Source: a virus. Taken from it: a stretch of 36,765 nt of DNA. The stretch is taken from the IMG/VR virus record IMGVR_UViG_3300027796_000023, one strand, 5' to 3'. Positions 1 to 8,735 of this stretch are shown here, piece after piece (position 1 is the first letter of the stretch; each line of letters starts with the position of its first letter). The notes beneath the pieces were generated by a model, which worked only from the letters and a program-made list of their open reading frames with translations, searched no databases and had not been told where the DNA came from. The translations under genes were made by a program, and so were the position numbers.

Positions 1-127
1 CGGATACCTGCTCTTTGACCTCCGGACCTATGATCGCATCGCGTAAAAGGAGACCATAGAAAATGGCACTTAATCCCGTAGTAATCGAACGCGGCCTCCG
101 GGTCGAGTTCGCGCGTCAAATGGCAGC
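1..127. repeat. Terminal direct repeat, left copy (identical to 36639..36765); circular-assembly overlap
   Basis: Bases 1-127 (cggatacctgctctttgacc...gtcaaatggcagc) recur exactly at 36639-36765. The repeat cuts through the 3' end of the decoration-like gene and the 5' end of the capsid gene, so it marks circular closure or permutation (unit 36638 bp). Confidence 0.9.
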
Positions 128-968
128 TTTCCAGGCTGCGCGCGAGATCAATCCCGGCCTTATGGGAGCCGCGACTGTCATCCAGTCGAATGGCGCATAT
201 GAAAAAATGGGCTGGCTCGGCGCTATGCCGCAGGTAAAGGAGTGGCTCGGGGAGCTGTCCGCGAAGGAGCTCAACGATTACGACTATACCATCAAAAACA
301 AAGACTGGGCCGCGGCCGTTCCTGTAAACCAGAACGACCTCGACGACGACCAGACCGGAACGATCGCGATGATCCCGGAGTTTTTGGTTAATCGCGTGAT
401 GGCGCATCCGGAAAAACTCATGATCGAGCTGCTAACAGGCGGAACCACCGGCCTCGCATATGATGGCGTTGCGTTTTTCTCGGACGCCTCGGGCGTTCGC
501 GTAAATGATAACCTGCTCGGCGGAACCGGAACGACTCTCGCGCAGATCGAGGCCGACCTGAACGCCGCGCTCGTCGCGATGGCGAAGTTCGTCGACGACC
601 AGGGCGAAGTTATGAACGTCAAGGGAAACATGATCGTTTGTCCGAAGGCGCTCGAAAATAAGTTTAACCGCTTGGTGAATTCCGACTCCGATCCGACCTC
701 CTCCGCACAGGGGACGTTCAATCCCTACGCCGGAAAATTCACGGTCTTCGGAGACGCTCGTCTCGACGCGACCGACGCAAACGACTGGTATCTCCTTGGG
801 GCTGGCGAAGTCGTGAAACCGTTCGTTTTCTCCATGAGACAGGCCGGAAAGCCTCGGTTCTTTCAGCCCGGAAACGGAGTGACAAAACAGTGGCTGGCCT
901 CGGCTGACTACCGCGGAAACGCTGGCTATGGGCTCCCGCAGCTCGCAGTCAAGACCGTCAACAGCTAA
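63..968 (+). CDS. Major capsid protein, Mu gpT-like family (301 aa)
   Basis: ORF preceded by the SD-like aaaaggagacc. The pattern YEKMGWLGAMPQVKEWLGE...YTIKNKDWAAAVPVNQNDLDDDQTG parallels Mu gpT (YGWLGKFPTLKEWVG...YSIANKTFEGTVGISRDDFEDDNLG). It sits after the protease and decoration genes and is followed by a strong terminator. Confidence 0.85.
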   Translation: MALNPVVIERGLRVEFARQMAAFQAAREINPGLMGAATVIQSNGAYEKMGWLGAMPQVKEWLGELSAKELNDYDYTIKNKDWAAAVPVNQNDLDDDQTGTIAMIPEFLVNRVMAHPEKLMIELLTGGTTGLAYDGVAFFSDASGVRVNDNLLGGTGTTLAQIEADLNAALVAMAKFVDDQGEVMNVKGNMIVCPKALENKFNRLVNSDSDPTSSAQGTFNPYAGKFTVFGDARLDATDANDWYLLGAGEVVKPFVFSMRQAGKPRFFQPGNGVTKQWLASADYRGNAGYGLPQLAVKTVNS

Positions 969-972
969 ACCG

Positions 973-1005
973 ACGGCGGGGTCGATAACGGTCCCGCCGT
1001 TTTTC
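973..1005 (+). terminator. Rho-independent terminator/attenuator after the capsid gene
   Basis: ACGGCGGG (973-980) pairs with CCCGCCGT (993-1000) and is followed by TTTTT (1001-1005). Confidence 0.75.
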
Positions 1006-1021
1006 AAAAGGAGAAACGACC

Positions 1022-1177
1022 ATGAGTAAGAAAATCAAGTATACGAACGGATTTGTCGGCGTCGCGAACGACACGGTCGCCGCGATTCTCGAGAAAAAGT
1101 GCGCCGCGAAGATTCTCGGCGACTCTGCTCCGAAGGGCGACGACAAGAAGTCCGACGACAAGAAGGGCGACAAGTAA
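1022..1177 (+). CDS. Small hypothetical protein (51 aa, Lys/Asp-rich C-terminus)
   Basis: ATG lies 8 nt after AAGGAG. Translation is MSKKIKYTNGFVGVANDTVAAILEKKCAAKILGDSAPKGDDKKSDDKKGDK. It is too short for the ORF track but fills the gap exactly. Confidence 0.5.
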   Translation: MSKKIKYTNGFVGVANDTVAAILEKKCAAKILGDSAPKGDDKKSDDKKGDK

Positions 1178-1336
1178 ATGGCCGAGATCGTAGCTCCTGG
1201 ACGCGAGGTCAGTATAAACGGCCGCCGATATCGCGCCGGCGACAAGCTGCCCGACGTTAAAAAAGACGTTCGCGAACAGCTCGAAAAGTCGAAGGCGATT
1301 CTCGGCGACGAAAAAAAGCAGGAGCCGAAAAAATGA
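1178..1336 (+). CDS. Small hypothetical protein (52 aa)
   Basis: ATG directly follows the previous TAA. Its stop overlaps the next start (ATGA at 1333-1336). Translation is MAEIVAPGREVSINGRRYRAGDKLPDVKKDVREQLEKSKAILGDEKKQEPKK. Confidence 0.5.
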   Translation: MAEIVAPGREVSINGRRYRAGDKLPDVKKDVREQLEKSKAILGDEKKQEPKK

Positions 1337-1692
1337 ACCTGCGAATACTGGCCGAAGCGGATAACGCGATCATTCTCGAGGACGATATAAACGGGTTCGC
1401 CGTATCGATTAAATTAACCGACACGGAAACACCTGCGCACGTTTACGAGGTAAAAGGCCAGTATTCTCGAGTCGGGGTCGACATTGATCCGGGAACGGGC
1501 TTGCTTATCCCGGGAGATAAATCGGCCGTGACGGTTCGGCTTTCAAGGTTTTCTCTTGCAAACTTACCCGACGAGGACTGGACGGTCGAAACGACCGACG
1601 TCAACGGCGGGACGTTCAAGGGAAAGGCGACCTATGTCATGCTCGACCGGACCGCAGGGCGCGCGACTATTTTATTTAAGAGGGCGAACTAA
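1333..1692 (+). CDS. Hypothetical virion protein, possible head-tail adaptor (119 aa)
   Basis: Translationally coupled ORF between the capsid and sheath genes. The function is inferred from position only. Confidence 0.6.
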   Translation: MNLRILAEADNAIILEDDINGFAVSIKLTDTETPAHVYEVKGQYSRVGVDIDPGTGLLIPGDKSAVTVRLSRFSLANLPDEDWTVETTDVNGGTFKGKATYVMLDRTAGRATILFKRAN

Positions 1693-2285
1693 TGGCAACG
1701 ATCCCGCGAAGCACCGACGATATACTACTCGACAATATGGTCGCGGAGCTCGCCGAGTTCGCCGCCGAACAGGTCGCAGGGGCATCCGAAGGCGAGACCG
1801 TGGGATTCTCCGTCGAGCGCGATCGAATTCGGCCGCCGTCGAAAAAGAAAATTCCACTAGTCAATGTATGGCTTGCGAGTATCGAACCACAGCGAACAGG
1901 GGCGAGCGCGAAAACAAACGCGAGCGTAATCGCGCGGATCAATGTTGATTGCTACGCGCGAGGAATGGACGATTCGACCGACGACGAGGACGATGCAGCG
2001 ATGGCAAGGCTTTACTATCTAAAGGAACAAGTAAAGCATGGACTATTTCGGCTCAAGTTCGCCGACTGCGGGCTCACAGCCGGGACCGTATCGCGCAAGG
2101 GATGGCCGTCGTGGGCTCTTTTCCAGAGTGAAATAAAACTCCCGGAGATCGCCGTCGTCGCTGGTCGCTGGTCGCTCGAGGTAGAATTCGAATGGAAGCC
2201 GGAGGACATAACCGGAACGGCCTTGGACAGCTTCTCCGTCAACGCGGGACGCTGGGCAGCTTTATACAATTACGGAGGGGACTAA
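1692..2285 (+). CDS. Hypothetical virion protein, possible tail terminator/completion protein (197 aa)
   Basis: Start overlaps the previous stop (TAATG) and the gene lies immediately upstream of the sheath gene. The function is positional only. Confidence 0.6.
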   Translation: MATIPRSTDDILLDNMVAELAEFAAEQVAGASEGETVGFSVERDRIRPPSKKKIPLVNVWLASIEPQRTGASAKTNASVIARINVDCYARGMDDSTDDEDDAAMARLYYLKEQVKHGLFRLKFADCGLTAGTVSRKGWPSWALFQSEIKLPEIAVVAGRWSLEVEFEWKPEDITGTALDSFSVNAGRWAALYNYGGD

Positions 2286-3776
2286 ATGGACAATATTGCA
2301 TTTTCTGCCGTACCTGCCGGCGCGATCGCGTCGGGGGTTTTTATTGAACAGGAGTATAAACGGAACGGGACTCCCGGTCCGATCCCGCAACGGATCGCGC
2401 TCCTCGGACAGCACAACAGTGACAAAACGCTTACGGAGAACGTCGCGCTCGCCGTAACATCCGCCGACGAGGTCGCGCAGTATGCCGGGCGCGGTTCAAT
2501 GCTGCATCTTTTGGCGAGGAAACTGTTCTCGGCGATTGGCTCGGGTTCGGTTGCGGTCGATATGATACCGCTCGGATCAGGAACCGGAGCGGCAACCGGA
2601 ACGATCACTATCGCCGGACCTGCGACGAGCTCGGGAACGATCGCGCTTTACGTCGCCGGAAAAGTCGTTCCTGTCGCAGTTACGAACGAACAAACTGCGG
2701 AAAATATCGCCACCGCGATACGGAACGCGATAAACGCCGACCTCGACCTCCCGATCACCGCGACGGCGCTCGCCGGTGTCGTTACCGTAACACCGCGATG
2801 GGTAGGGCTTTCCGCGAACGGAATCACTATTCGCCAGGATATCCAGGCGGCCGACGCATCCGCGGAGCCCGCTGGCGTTACCGTGACGATAGTCGATATT
2901 GCCGGCGGATCGGCTGATCCGTCGATCGCGACCGCGCTCGAGAATTTCGGTGGAACCTGGTACACTTGGGTTGTTTGTCCATATAATGCGGATACGTCGC
3001 TCGACCTCCTCGAAACCGCTGGTGAGGCCCGGGTCGCTCCCGGAGTGAAACGGCCGTTCGCCGGAATCGTCGGATATAACGACACGCGCGCAAATTTCTT
3101 GACATGGCTCTCGGCGCGAAATTCTCCCTGGACGACCTGCATTCCTGTTGAAGGCTCGCCGAACATGGCCGGCGAGATTGCAGCGTCCGCCGTTGGTTAC
3201 TGCGCCGTTTCAGCCTCGGCGAATCCTGCGCGTCCGTTTAAGACGCTCCCGCTCGTCGGTATCGTATCCGGAGACTACGCGCCTTGGACGTATGCACAGC
3301 GCGACGCGGTCGAAGCGGCCGGCGGATCATCGACATATCTTGACGCATCGGGAGTTGTCAGGATTCACGACCTCGTTACGACATACACGACGAATCCTCT
3401 CGGGGCAGTCGACGAGGCATGGCGATTCACGGTCACGATAACAAATATACAGGCGAAGCTATACAGCCTCGACAATTTGTTTTCGACCGCTCCTTTCGAT
3501 CGCGGAATCGTGGTCGATGATAACGCCGTGACGTCGCTCGAGTATGCTATCAGCCCGAAGCGCGTGAAAGCGTTCATAATCAAACTGATCGACGATCAAT
3601 GGATTCCGAACGCATGGTCGAAGAATCGGGATGATATTGTCGCGGGAATCATATGCGCGATCGATAGCACGAATCAGGGTCGGATCAATGTACTCGTCCC
3701 GGACGTTATCGCGGCCGGACTGCGCATCGTTGCCGTGAAATACCAGTGGTCGTTCAGCGCGACCGCTGCGGCCTAA
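2286..3776 (+). CDS. Contractile tail sheath protein (496 aa)
   Basis: The size, the position before the tube gene and the Mu gpL/P2 FI-like N-terminus (AFSAVPAGAIASGVFIEQEY...IALLGQ) support the call. Confidence 0.8.
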   Translation: MDNIAFSAVPAGAIASGVFIEQEYKRNGTPGPIPQRIALLGQHNSDKTLTENVALAVTSADEVAQYAGRGSMLHLLARKLFSAIGSGSVAVDMIPLGSGTGAATGTITIAGPATSSGTIALYVAGKVVPVAVTNEQTAENIATAIRNAINADLDLPITATALAGVVTVTPRWVGLSANGITIRQDIQAADASAEPAGVTVTIVDIAGGSADPSIATALENFGGTWYTWVVCPYNADTSLDLLETAGEARVAPGVKRPFAGIVGYNDTRANFLTWLSARNSPWTTCIPVEGSPNMAGEIAASAVGYCAVSASANPARPFKTLPLVGIVSGDYAPWTYAQRDAVEAAGGSSTYLDASGVVRIHDLVTTYTTNPLGAVDEAWRFTVTITNIQAKLYSLDNLFSTAPFDRGIVVDDNAVTSLEYAISPKRVKAFIIKLIDDQWIPNAWSKNRDDIVAGIICAIDSTNQGRINVLVPDVIAAGLRIVAVKYQWSFSATAAA

Positions 3777-3788
3777 GGAGGGCAAAAA

Positions 3789-4175
3789 ATGGGAGTACGC
3801 GCAGGCGATATTCGACAGCTTACATGGTTTGGACGCGAGCTAGACGTCAAGGGCGAGGATGCAAACGTAAACATCGACCTCGGCGGATTCACGGTCGAGG
3901 CTGGCATCAATGGAAACGGGTCGATCCCGACGACGCAGCGACGAAAAAAGGCGAAAGTCGGAGACGTCGCGGTCTCGATCGATGACAACCGCGGCGACCT
4001 CGAATTCCTCCAGGAAAAGCAAAACGCAGGGGAGCCCGGTCCGCTATCGATCACGCTCGCCTCCGGAATTAGTTATTCTGGAAACATGATCCTTACCGGC
4101 GAGCTCGTCAAGGCGACCGGAGACGGAACGGCGTCCTGTACTTGGGAAGGCGCGAAGCTGGAAAAAATTTCTTGA
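3789..4175 (+). CDS. Tail tube protein (128 aa)
   Basis: A small ORF directly after the sheath gene with an SD (aaggagggc). It is followed by a terminator and then the chaperone/tape-measure genes. Confidence 0.7.
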   Translation: MGVRAGDIRQLTWFGRELDVKGEDANVNIDLGGFTVEAGINGNGSIPTTQRRKKAKVGDVAVSIDDNRGDLEFLQEKQNAGEPGPLSITLASGISYSGNMILTGELVKATGDGTASCTWEGAKLEKIS

Positions 4176-4180
4176 TTACG

Positions 4181-4205
4181 CCGGAGCCTACGGGCTCCGG
4201 TTTTC
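4181..4205 (+). terminator. Rho-independent terminator after the tube gene
   Basis: CCGGAGCC (4181-4188), loop tacg, GGCTCCGG (4193-4200), then TTTT. Confidence 0.8.
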
Positions 4206-4276
4206 TGGTCCGTCGGCGCAATGGGCGCCGCTCGAGTTATCCTTCTCGGGCGCAGGTTCGATCCCTGGTCGGTCCA
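4206..4276 (+). other. Degenerate tRNA-like cloverleaf (not a canonical tRNA)
   Basis: The acceptor-like stem TGGTCCG/CGGTCCA has one T:T mismatch. The D-like hairpin is GGCGC-aatgg-GCGCC. A 7-8 bp stem (GCTCGAG/CTCGGGC) closes an 8-nt loop (ttatcctt). The T-arm is CAGG-TTCGATC-CCTG. The variable-region and junction spacing are non-canonical. Confidence 0.3.
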
Positions 4277-4302
4277 TAGTTCACTAAAAGGAGAAAAGGA
4301 AC

Positions 4303-4704
4303 ATGAAACAGGTAATCGAAGATGAAGCGGCGACGATCGAGCTCGATCGAATAATCGAGTTCTACGAGGTCGACCCGGAGGGAAAAGACTGGGAGGACAG
4401 CAAAAAACGCCTATTATCCGCGATCATGAAAGGGCGGATCACTCTCGACGAGGAGTCCGGAGTCGTTATCATGGAACTAGTGTCACCGATCAAACTGCAA
4501 AACGACGATATCGTCAAGTCGCTCGAGTTCAGGGAGCCGACAGCGGGAGACCTCAAGGTTCTCGACAAGTACAAGGAATCCGAGTCGATGGCGAAAACGA
4601 TACACCTCGCGAGCAAAATCACCAGTAAATCCATTGCAATAATCGAGAAAATGATCGGGCGCGATTTGTCGACCATGGGGGCGATAACGTCGCTTTTTTT
4701 CTGA
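4303..4704 (+). CDS. Tail assembly chaperone (P2 gpE / lambda gpG analogue, 133 aa)
   Basis: The ORF lies immediately upstream of the tape measure and has a strong SD (aaaggagaaaagg). It ends ...SLFF* on a T7C slippery run. Confidence 0.8.
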   Translation: MKQVIEDEAATIELDRIIEFYEVDPEGKDWEDSKKRLLSAIMKGRITLDEESGVVIMELVSPIKLQNDDIVKSLEFREPTAGDLKVLDKYKESESMAKTIHLASKITSKSIAIIEKMIGRDLSTMGAITSLFF

Positions 4705-4865
4705 TCCTGCCCGCACCGCTCGAGCGGACGCTCTGGGCGGTCGCGAACCGATTCGGGTTCGACGGGCATGAAATGAAGCTCGGACGCCTGGCGTTCTGGT
4801 ATCGCGGACATGAAGCAATATGCAAGGAAGAGGCCGCGGAGGTCGCTCGAGCATCCGGAGGGTAA
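4303..4865 (+). CDS. Tail assembly chaperone, -1 frameshift-extended isoform (about 187 aa; P2 E+E' / lambda gpGT analogue)
   Basis: After the slip at 4695-4701 the -1 frame reads LILPAPLERTLWAVANRFGFDGHEMKLGRLAFWYRGHEAICKEEAAEVARASGG*. The TAA at 4863-4865 lies 3 nt before the tape-measure ATG. Confidence 0.7.
4695..4701 (+). promoter_or_regulatory. -1 programmed ribosomal frameshift slippery heptamer T_TTT_TTC
   Basis: An X_XXY_YYZ heptamer in the zero frame lies directly before the TGA stop. The -1 frame stays open for 54 further codons up to 4865. Confidence 0.75.
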
Positions 4866-4868
4866 TAA

Positions 4869-6449
4869 ATGGCTAACACGTTCACCATAAAAACAGTTTT
4901 TCAAGCCGTCGACAAATTCACCGGAACGACGAACGCGATAAAGAAAAAAATTGACGAGATCGGCGGATCAGCAGATAAGGCGAAGGCATCGCTCGGCGAG
5001 TCGTTTGGAAAACTTGGTTCCGGGATAAAAAAAACCGCGTTAATTCTAACCGCCTCCGCTGCGATCGCCGCAGGCGTCGGGGCTCAATTTGTAAGCGCCG
5101 CGGCCGAAGTTCAACAGTATAAAACGACGCTCGTCACCATGCTGGGGAGCCAGGAAGCGGCGAACGCGCGATTCGAAGAAATGTCGAAATTCGCCGCCTC
5201 GACTCCGTTCGAAATGAAAGACGTCGTTCAGTTAGGAAATCAACTACAGGCGCTCGGTCGCTATAGTAAAGAAAATATGACGATTCTCGGAGACCTGGCG
5301 GCAGCCTCCGGAAAACCGATAGACCAGGCGACGCGCGCGTTCTCGAAACTCGCGAGCGGACAAAAGGGCGTTGCGGTCGATATGTTCCGAGACTTGCTAA
5401 TCTCGACGGACGACTGGGTCAAGGCAACGGGGAAGGGCGTTGCTAAATCCGGCGAGCTCATGGCGTCGACGGAGGAAATGCTCGCGGTCCTCCCTGCGAT
5501 TCTCAAGTCGAAGGGATTCTCGGGAATGATGGCGGAACAGTCTAAAACATTTAATGGGCGCGTTTCAAATATGAACGACGCACTTTTTCAGTTTAAGGCA
5601 GCCATGGGGCAAGCGATGCTAGGTCCGATCGGGAAAGTAGTCGAGCTCTTAACTCCGTTAATCCAGAAATTTACCGATTGGGCAAACGCGAATCAAGAAG
5701 TTATCGGGACGAAAGTCGAGTCGTTTGTCAATGGACTCATAGAAGGGATTCGAACGCTCGTTTCGGTGGTCGGCGGAATTATGAAAGTACTCGGGCCGTT
5801 TACGCCGCTTATAGTCGCGATAGTCGCAGCCATTGCCGCGTATAATGCCGTAATGGTTATATATGAAATAGTAACGACCGCCGCTGCGGTCGCGCAAATG
5901 ATACTAAATGGCGCAATGCTCCTAAATCCGGTCGGGCTCGTCGTCGCGGGAATCATTTTATTGATTGGCGTCATCGCGTTACTGGTAAAGAATTTCGATC
6001 ATGTAAAAGCCGCGATGCTTGCCGCTTGGGAAATTGTAAAGGGACTCGGACAGGCGTTCATGAAATATCTTTTATTGCCGGTCAATTTGGTTATGGAAGC
6101 GATTGGCGGACTGCTCCGTCTTTTGTCTAAGCTCCCGTTTGTGGGCGACAAGATCGCGCCGGCGGTCGACGCGCTCGACAATTTCCAGGCGAATATGAAT
6201 AAAACGCTCACCGGGACCGAAGGGGCGCTCGATTTTAAGGGAGTAGCAGAAAACGCAATGGGAAACGCATCCGCCGCAATGAGTGGCGGGGCGCCTATGT
6301 CGACACAAACGCAAACGATTAACCGAAATAACAACAGTACGGTTGACGTAAATTTCAACAATACGCCGCCAGGGACTCGCGTCGCAGCGACGGGACCGTC
6401 GGCGCCTGGCGTGACGCTTAATACCGGTTCAATGTTTGGGGGTCGCTAA
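4869..6449 (+). CDS. Tail tape measure protein (526 aa)
   Basis: The gene follows the chaperone/frameshift pair. It has an Ala/Gly-rich helical N-terminus and a central hydrophobic block (LIVAIVAAIAAYNAVMVIYEIV...). Confidence 0.85.
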   Translation: MANTFTIKTVFQAVDKFTGTTNAIKKKIDEIGGSADKAKASLGESFGKLGSGIKKTALILTASAAIAAGVGAQFVSAAAEVQQYKTTLVTMLGSQEAANARFEEMSKFAASTPFEMKDVVQLGNQLQALGRYSKENMTILGDLAAASGKPIDQATRAFSKLASGQKGVAVDMFRDLLISTDDWVKATGKGVAKSGELMASTEEMLAVLPAILKSKGFSGMMAEQSKTFNGRVSNMNDALFQFKAAMGQAMLGPIGKVVELLTPLIQKFTDWANANQEVIGTKVESFVNGLIEGIRTLVSVVGGIMKVLGPFTPLIVAIVAAIAAYNAVMVIYEIVTTAAAVAQMILNGAMLLNPVGLVVAGIILLIGVIALLVKNFDHVKAAMLAAWEIVKGLGQAFMKYLLLPVNLVMEAIGGLLRLLSKLPFVGDKIAPAVDALDNFQANMNKTLTGTEGALDFKGVAENAMGNASAAMSGGAPMSTQTQTINRNNNSTVDVNFNNTPPGTRVAATGPSAPGVTLNTGSMFGGR

Positions 6450-7681
6450 TGGCATATGATAATATTCGCGAGGCGAAATATATCGCTCCGTCGGGCGCGA
6501 CGTTCGTCCTACAATTTGACGAGGTCGAGCGATCGGGCGGGAAAAAATCGTCAGTTCATGAACTCCCGCAACAAAACGATCCGATCGTCCAGGACTTGGG
6601 AAACCAGGCGTCGAAATATCCGCTAAACATTTATTTTACGGGGGCGGACTGCTATACACTGGCCGACGCGCTATACGATGCACTATCAGAAATCGGTCCG
6701 GGAACGCTCGAGCATCCGACGTTTGGAAATCTAGAAGTCCTCGCGACAAATTGGAACGAATCCAGGAAGTTAGTCGACGGGCTCGGGCGCGTTGATTTTA
6801 AGATTGATTTTGTACGCGCTCCTAAACTCGATTCGCTTTCCGTATCGACTCCGACGTCAATCGATAGTACGATACTCGAAAAGGCACAAACGACCGTATC
6901 GGCGTCCGTTGCGAAGTCGGCGGGAAAATATGCTCCGGAAACGGCCGCAGAAACATCATGGATAAAAGAAAAAGTATCGGCGATCGTTTCGACATATAAA
7001 ACGACCTTCGAAGGAGTGACGTCATTCGCTAAAGAGGCACAAACCGAAATAAATAAAATAGTTCGGGAAGTCTCATCGACGATCGACACGCTCGTAACGA
7101 AGCCGCTCGAATTATATACCGAATGCGCAGCGATCGCGCAAATTCCTGCGCAGGTATCGACAAAAGTCCTCCGTAAAATCGAAGGCTATCGCGAGCAAAT
7201 TTTATTTATTGCCGGGCAGGTCGCCGAGACCTACACGGAGGCGCTAACGCTCGGAGAGTCACTTTTCTACGCACTGGCAGGAACAGCGGCGGCGACGGTC
7301 GAAGGGACGATTTCAAGTAGGACAGAAGCGATCACGGTCGCGAGTACGGTCGAGGAAGCGACGAACGCGGTCATACAAGCGATTGAAAAACTCGAGGAAA
7401 CGGTTCCGGAATATCGCGCCGATCCGGAAACTTTCTCTGCGCTCGTTTCGATCGCGATACTCGCGCGGGATAATCTGGTTGAAAAGGCTTACAGCCTGCG
7501 GGCGGAGCGCCGCTTAACACTTGCGACGGAACGGACACCGCTCGACCTTCTCGTCGAATTTTACGGAGACGGAATATCGGACCTCGACGCGGCGCTCGAC
7601 GAATTTGTCGAAATAAACGTCCTCGTCGGCGACGAGATAATTTTAATTCCCGCAGGTCGCGAGGTCGTTTACTATGCCTGA
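6449..7681 (+). CDS. Mu gp43 (gpN)-like DNA circularisation / baseplate-associated protein (410 aa)
   Basis: The N-terminus (MAYDNIREAKYIAPSGATFVLQFDEVERSGGKKSSVHELPQQNDPIVQDLG) is typical of the DNA_circ_N family. The gene is coupled to the tape measure by a TAATG overlap. Confidence 0.7.
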   Translation: MAYDNIREAKYIAPSGATFVLQFDEVERSGGKKSSVHELPQQNDPIVQDLGNQASKYPLNIYFTGADCYTLADALYDALSEIGPGTLEHPTFGNLEVLATNWNESRKLVDGLGRVDFKIDFVRAPKLDSLSVSTPTSIDSTILEKAQTTVSASVAKSAGKYAPETAAETSWIKEKVSAIVSTYKTTFEGVTSFAKEAQTEINKIVREVSSTIDTLVTKPLELYTECAAIAQIPAQVSTKVLRKIEGYREQILFIAGQVAETYTEALTLGESLFYALAGTAAATVEGTISSRTEAITVASTVEEATNAVIQAIEKLEETVPEYRADPETFSALVSIAILARDNLVEKAYSLRAERRLTLATERTPLDLLVEFYGDGISDLDAALDEFVEINVLVGDEIILIPAGREVVYYA

Positions 7682-8735
7682 AAAAGAAATCTCCGGACTA
7701 AATGATCCCAACCGCGATATTGTAAAACTACTAATAAACGGGCGCGAGTATACGGGCTGGACTGCGGCGACGATCACCATGGCGATCGATAACTGTTCCG
7801 ACGCGTTCAGTTTAACCGCTCCGTTCGATCCTGGCGATCCGGTCATAATGGCTGCATTTAAGCCTATGGAATATCAGGGAGTAAAACTCTTAATTGGAAA
7901 TGACGTAGTTCTGACGGGAACCGTTGACAAGGTCGATCCAAAAGTCGACGCTGGAAGTAGAACTATAACTGTCCAGGGGCGCAGCTTAACTGGTCCGCTC
8001 GTCGACTGCTCGATTGACGGAAACCTCGAATTTAACGGTTTAACGCTCGCGGATATCGCTCGTACACTCTGCAAGCCGTTCGGGGTCCGCGTTCGATCCG
8101 ACTATAATACAGGAAAGATCGCCGCTGCGAGTGCTAAATTTGGTCAAGGAGCCTACGATTTTTTGTCGAAGGTCGGCGGGCCGCATAATATGTTGTTGAA
8201 CTCGTCGTATACTGGGGAACTAGTTATTACCGACGGGAAGGCGCTCGCGGCGAAAGCTCCGATCGCGACGCTCGTCGAGGGGAAAAAACCGCTTTTGTCG
8301 GTCGCCGCTTCGTTCGATTCGACGGCGCGTTTTTCGGTATACAAGATCAGCGCACAGCAGGACGGATCGGCGAACGTATCGGGGAAAGTAACTGACGCGA
8401 CGATCAAAAAAAACCGACCGCGACTGATCGAGCAGGACGACACGGGAACCGATCCGTCTCTTGCCGCAGCATGGGAACGGTCGAAGGCGTTCGCCGCGTC
8501 TATGTCGGTATCGGCGACCATTGCAGGATGGCGACGACCTGACGGCGCGCGCTGGGCCGAACGCCAGATCGTCACGCTCAAGGCTCCCGGGGCGATGATT
8601 GTACGAGAATCGAGGTGGTTAATCGCCGGAGTAACTCATAAATTGGACTCTGGCGGAGGATGCACGACAGACCTTCGCCTGATATTACCGGAAACGTATG
8701 CGGGAACCGTCCCGAAGGTATTACCGTGGGAATGA
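7674..8735 (+). CDS. Mu gpP (gp44) / P2 gpD-like baseplate hub protein (353 aa)
   Basis: The motif LLINGREYTGWTAATITMAIDNCSDAFSLTAPFDP and the gene's size and order match Mu P-family tail proteins. Confidence 0.7.
   Translation: MPEKEISGLNDPNRDIVKLLINGREYTGWTAATITMAIDNCSDAFSLTAPFDPGDPVIMAAFKPMEYQGVKLLIGNDVVLTGTVDKVDPKVDAGSRTITVQGRSLTGPLVDCSIDGNLEFNGLTLADIARTLCKPFGVRVRSDYNTGKIAAASAKFGQGAYDFLSKVGGPHNMLLNSSYTGELVITDGKALAAKAPIATLVEGKKPLLSVAASFDSTARFSVYKISAQQDGSANVSGKVTDATIKKNRPRLIEQDDTGTDPSLAAAWERSKAFAASMSVSATIAGWRRPDGARWAERQIVTLKAPGAMIVRESRWLIAGVTHKLDSGGGCTTDLRLILPETYAGTVPKVLPWE

Noticed and set aside
284-1007. Minus-strand ORFs 284..721 and 432..1007 (and many similar antisense or out-of-frame ORFs across the track, e.g. 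2282..2608, 2648..3166, 4362..4904, 8153..8581, 19976..20413, 35738..36262)
   Set aside because: They lie entirely within well-supported plus-strand genes and have no SD or motif content. Their Arg/Ser/Ala-rich compositions are typical of antisense frames in GC-rich coding DNA.
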